This document shows, in pieces, positions 63,301-64,000 of a DNA stretch of 64,000 nt. Each line of letters opens with the position of its first letter. Position 1 is the first letter of the stretch. The position numbers and the translations under genes were made by a program. The notes below the pieces were generated by a model that was given only the letters and a program-made list of their open reading frames with translations, did no database searches and was not told where the DNA came from. The DNA comes from Octopus sinensis (lineage: Eukaryota): NCBI RefSeq assembly GCF_006345805.1, contig NC_043007.1, forward strand, positions 32,116,001 through 32,180,000, given 5' to 3'.

Positions 63301-64000
63301 GGGGTCTGAAAACTAATAACTTGTTGTCACACAGTCAGGGTACAACAAGCTCTTATAAAGATTCAACCAATCTCAGCAAAACAGAACAGACTGTCGACAG
63401 TGTTACTAACACTGCTTTTATTTCCAGTAACACTTCTCCGGTTGAAAGACCTGTTAGTAGTCTCCCCAATATAAGCCAGGTTATTGAGGAGTCATTGAAT
63501 ACTAACATGATTTCAGATGCTTGCAGGAAAGATAATAGTTCAAACTCGTGTAAAAAAGTCAAGCCATCTACTGAGGTTTCTAACACTTTTCAAGCTTCAT
63601 CTAGTTCTCTCCCCAACCAAACAATTGAAAATGTTTCAAAATTAAATTATATTTCCGGGAATGTAGTTAAAACTGACAAAATGTATGGCAGTTCTTTAAA
63701 ACCTGAACAGTTACCATCAAGTCTTGTCACAAATGTACAGGCACCCAATAACTCTCGAAAGACTAGTGAAATGTCTGGAAATTCCAAAACTGATCAGATG
63801 GTGGCTGGTTACAGTGGATTTGGTCAAATATCTAATACTGCTCTGAAGACTGGTGTAGTGGAAAGCACTTTACCTGGTAACATTGTAAAACCTTCAACAG
63901 CTGACAATTCTAAGAAACCTGAAACTACACTGGGAAGTAATGACAATTCCATGAACACTGCCTCTGTAAGTACCAATTCTTCGAGAACTGGTCAGTTGTT
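60384..64000 (+). CDS. Giant coding exon of gene 3, >=1205 codons, open to the window end; S/Q/P/H/N/T-rich, probably disordered
   Basis: Acceptor tttctttatcTAG ends at 60383; hand translation (TGDSGLQPRN...MNNTEPDSVRNMWSQ...SSRTGQL) shows no stop to 64000; first internal ATG at 60450; not in the ORF track because no stop lies in the window. Confidence 0.88.
61536..61607 (+). repeat. Coding (CAA)n tract interrupted by CAC CAG: Q4-H-Q6-H-Q5-H-Q4-H-Q
   Basis: Read directly in the gene 3 frame. Confidence 0.9.
62172..62711 (+). repeat. Coding 30-bp minisatellite, about 18 units, consensus HPAQVSGSSA
   Basis: Repeating cac cct gca cag gtg tca ggc agc tct gca in the gene 3 frame. Confidence 0.92.

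Overview
AT-rich, microsatellite- and retroposon-dense animal genomic DNA; the repeat families look like Octopus (inference, not checked). Three + strand protein-coding genes were reconstructed by hand from splice sites. (1) PLD3/PLD4-family (phospholipase D-fold, lysosomal 5'-3' exonuclease type) paralog A: 8 exons at 110-11841, first coding exon upstream of the window. (2) A complete tandem paralog B: 9 coding exons at 23406-39737, 435 aa. Its exon lengths and phases match A for the seven shared internal exons. (3) The 5' part of a large low-complexity protein gene: candidate exon 48477-48593 spliced in frame to a >=3.6 kb exon from 60384 that runs off the window. The ORF track misses this exon because it has no stop in the window. 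It encodes a Q/H tract and about 18 copies of a His-periodic decapeptide. Main observations: paralog B starts directly with a signal peptide or signal anchor, has lost the Asn of the second GTSN active-site motif, is acidic where A is basic, and shares a ~100-nt near-identical patch with A that suggests gene conversion. Introns and intergenic DNA hold tRNA-derived SINEs, RTE LINE fragments (one with a PHD finger and a higher-order minisatellite), mariner/Tc1 and Penelope relics, TTAA-flanked MITEs, a Helitron-like element and several long inverted repeats.
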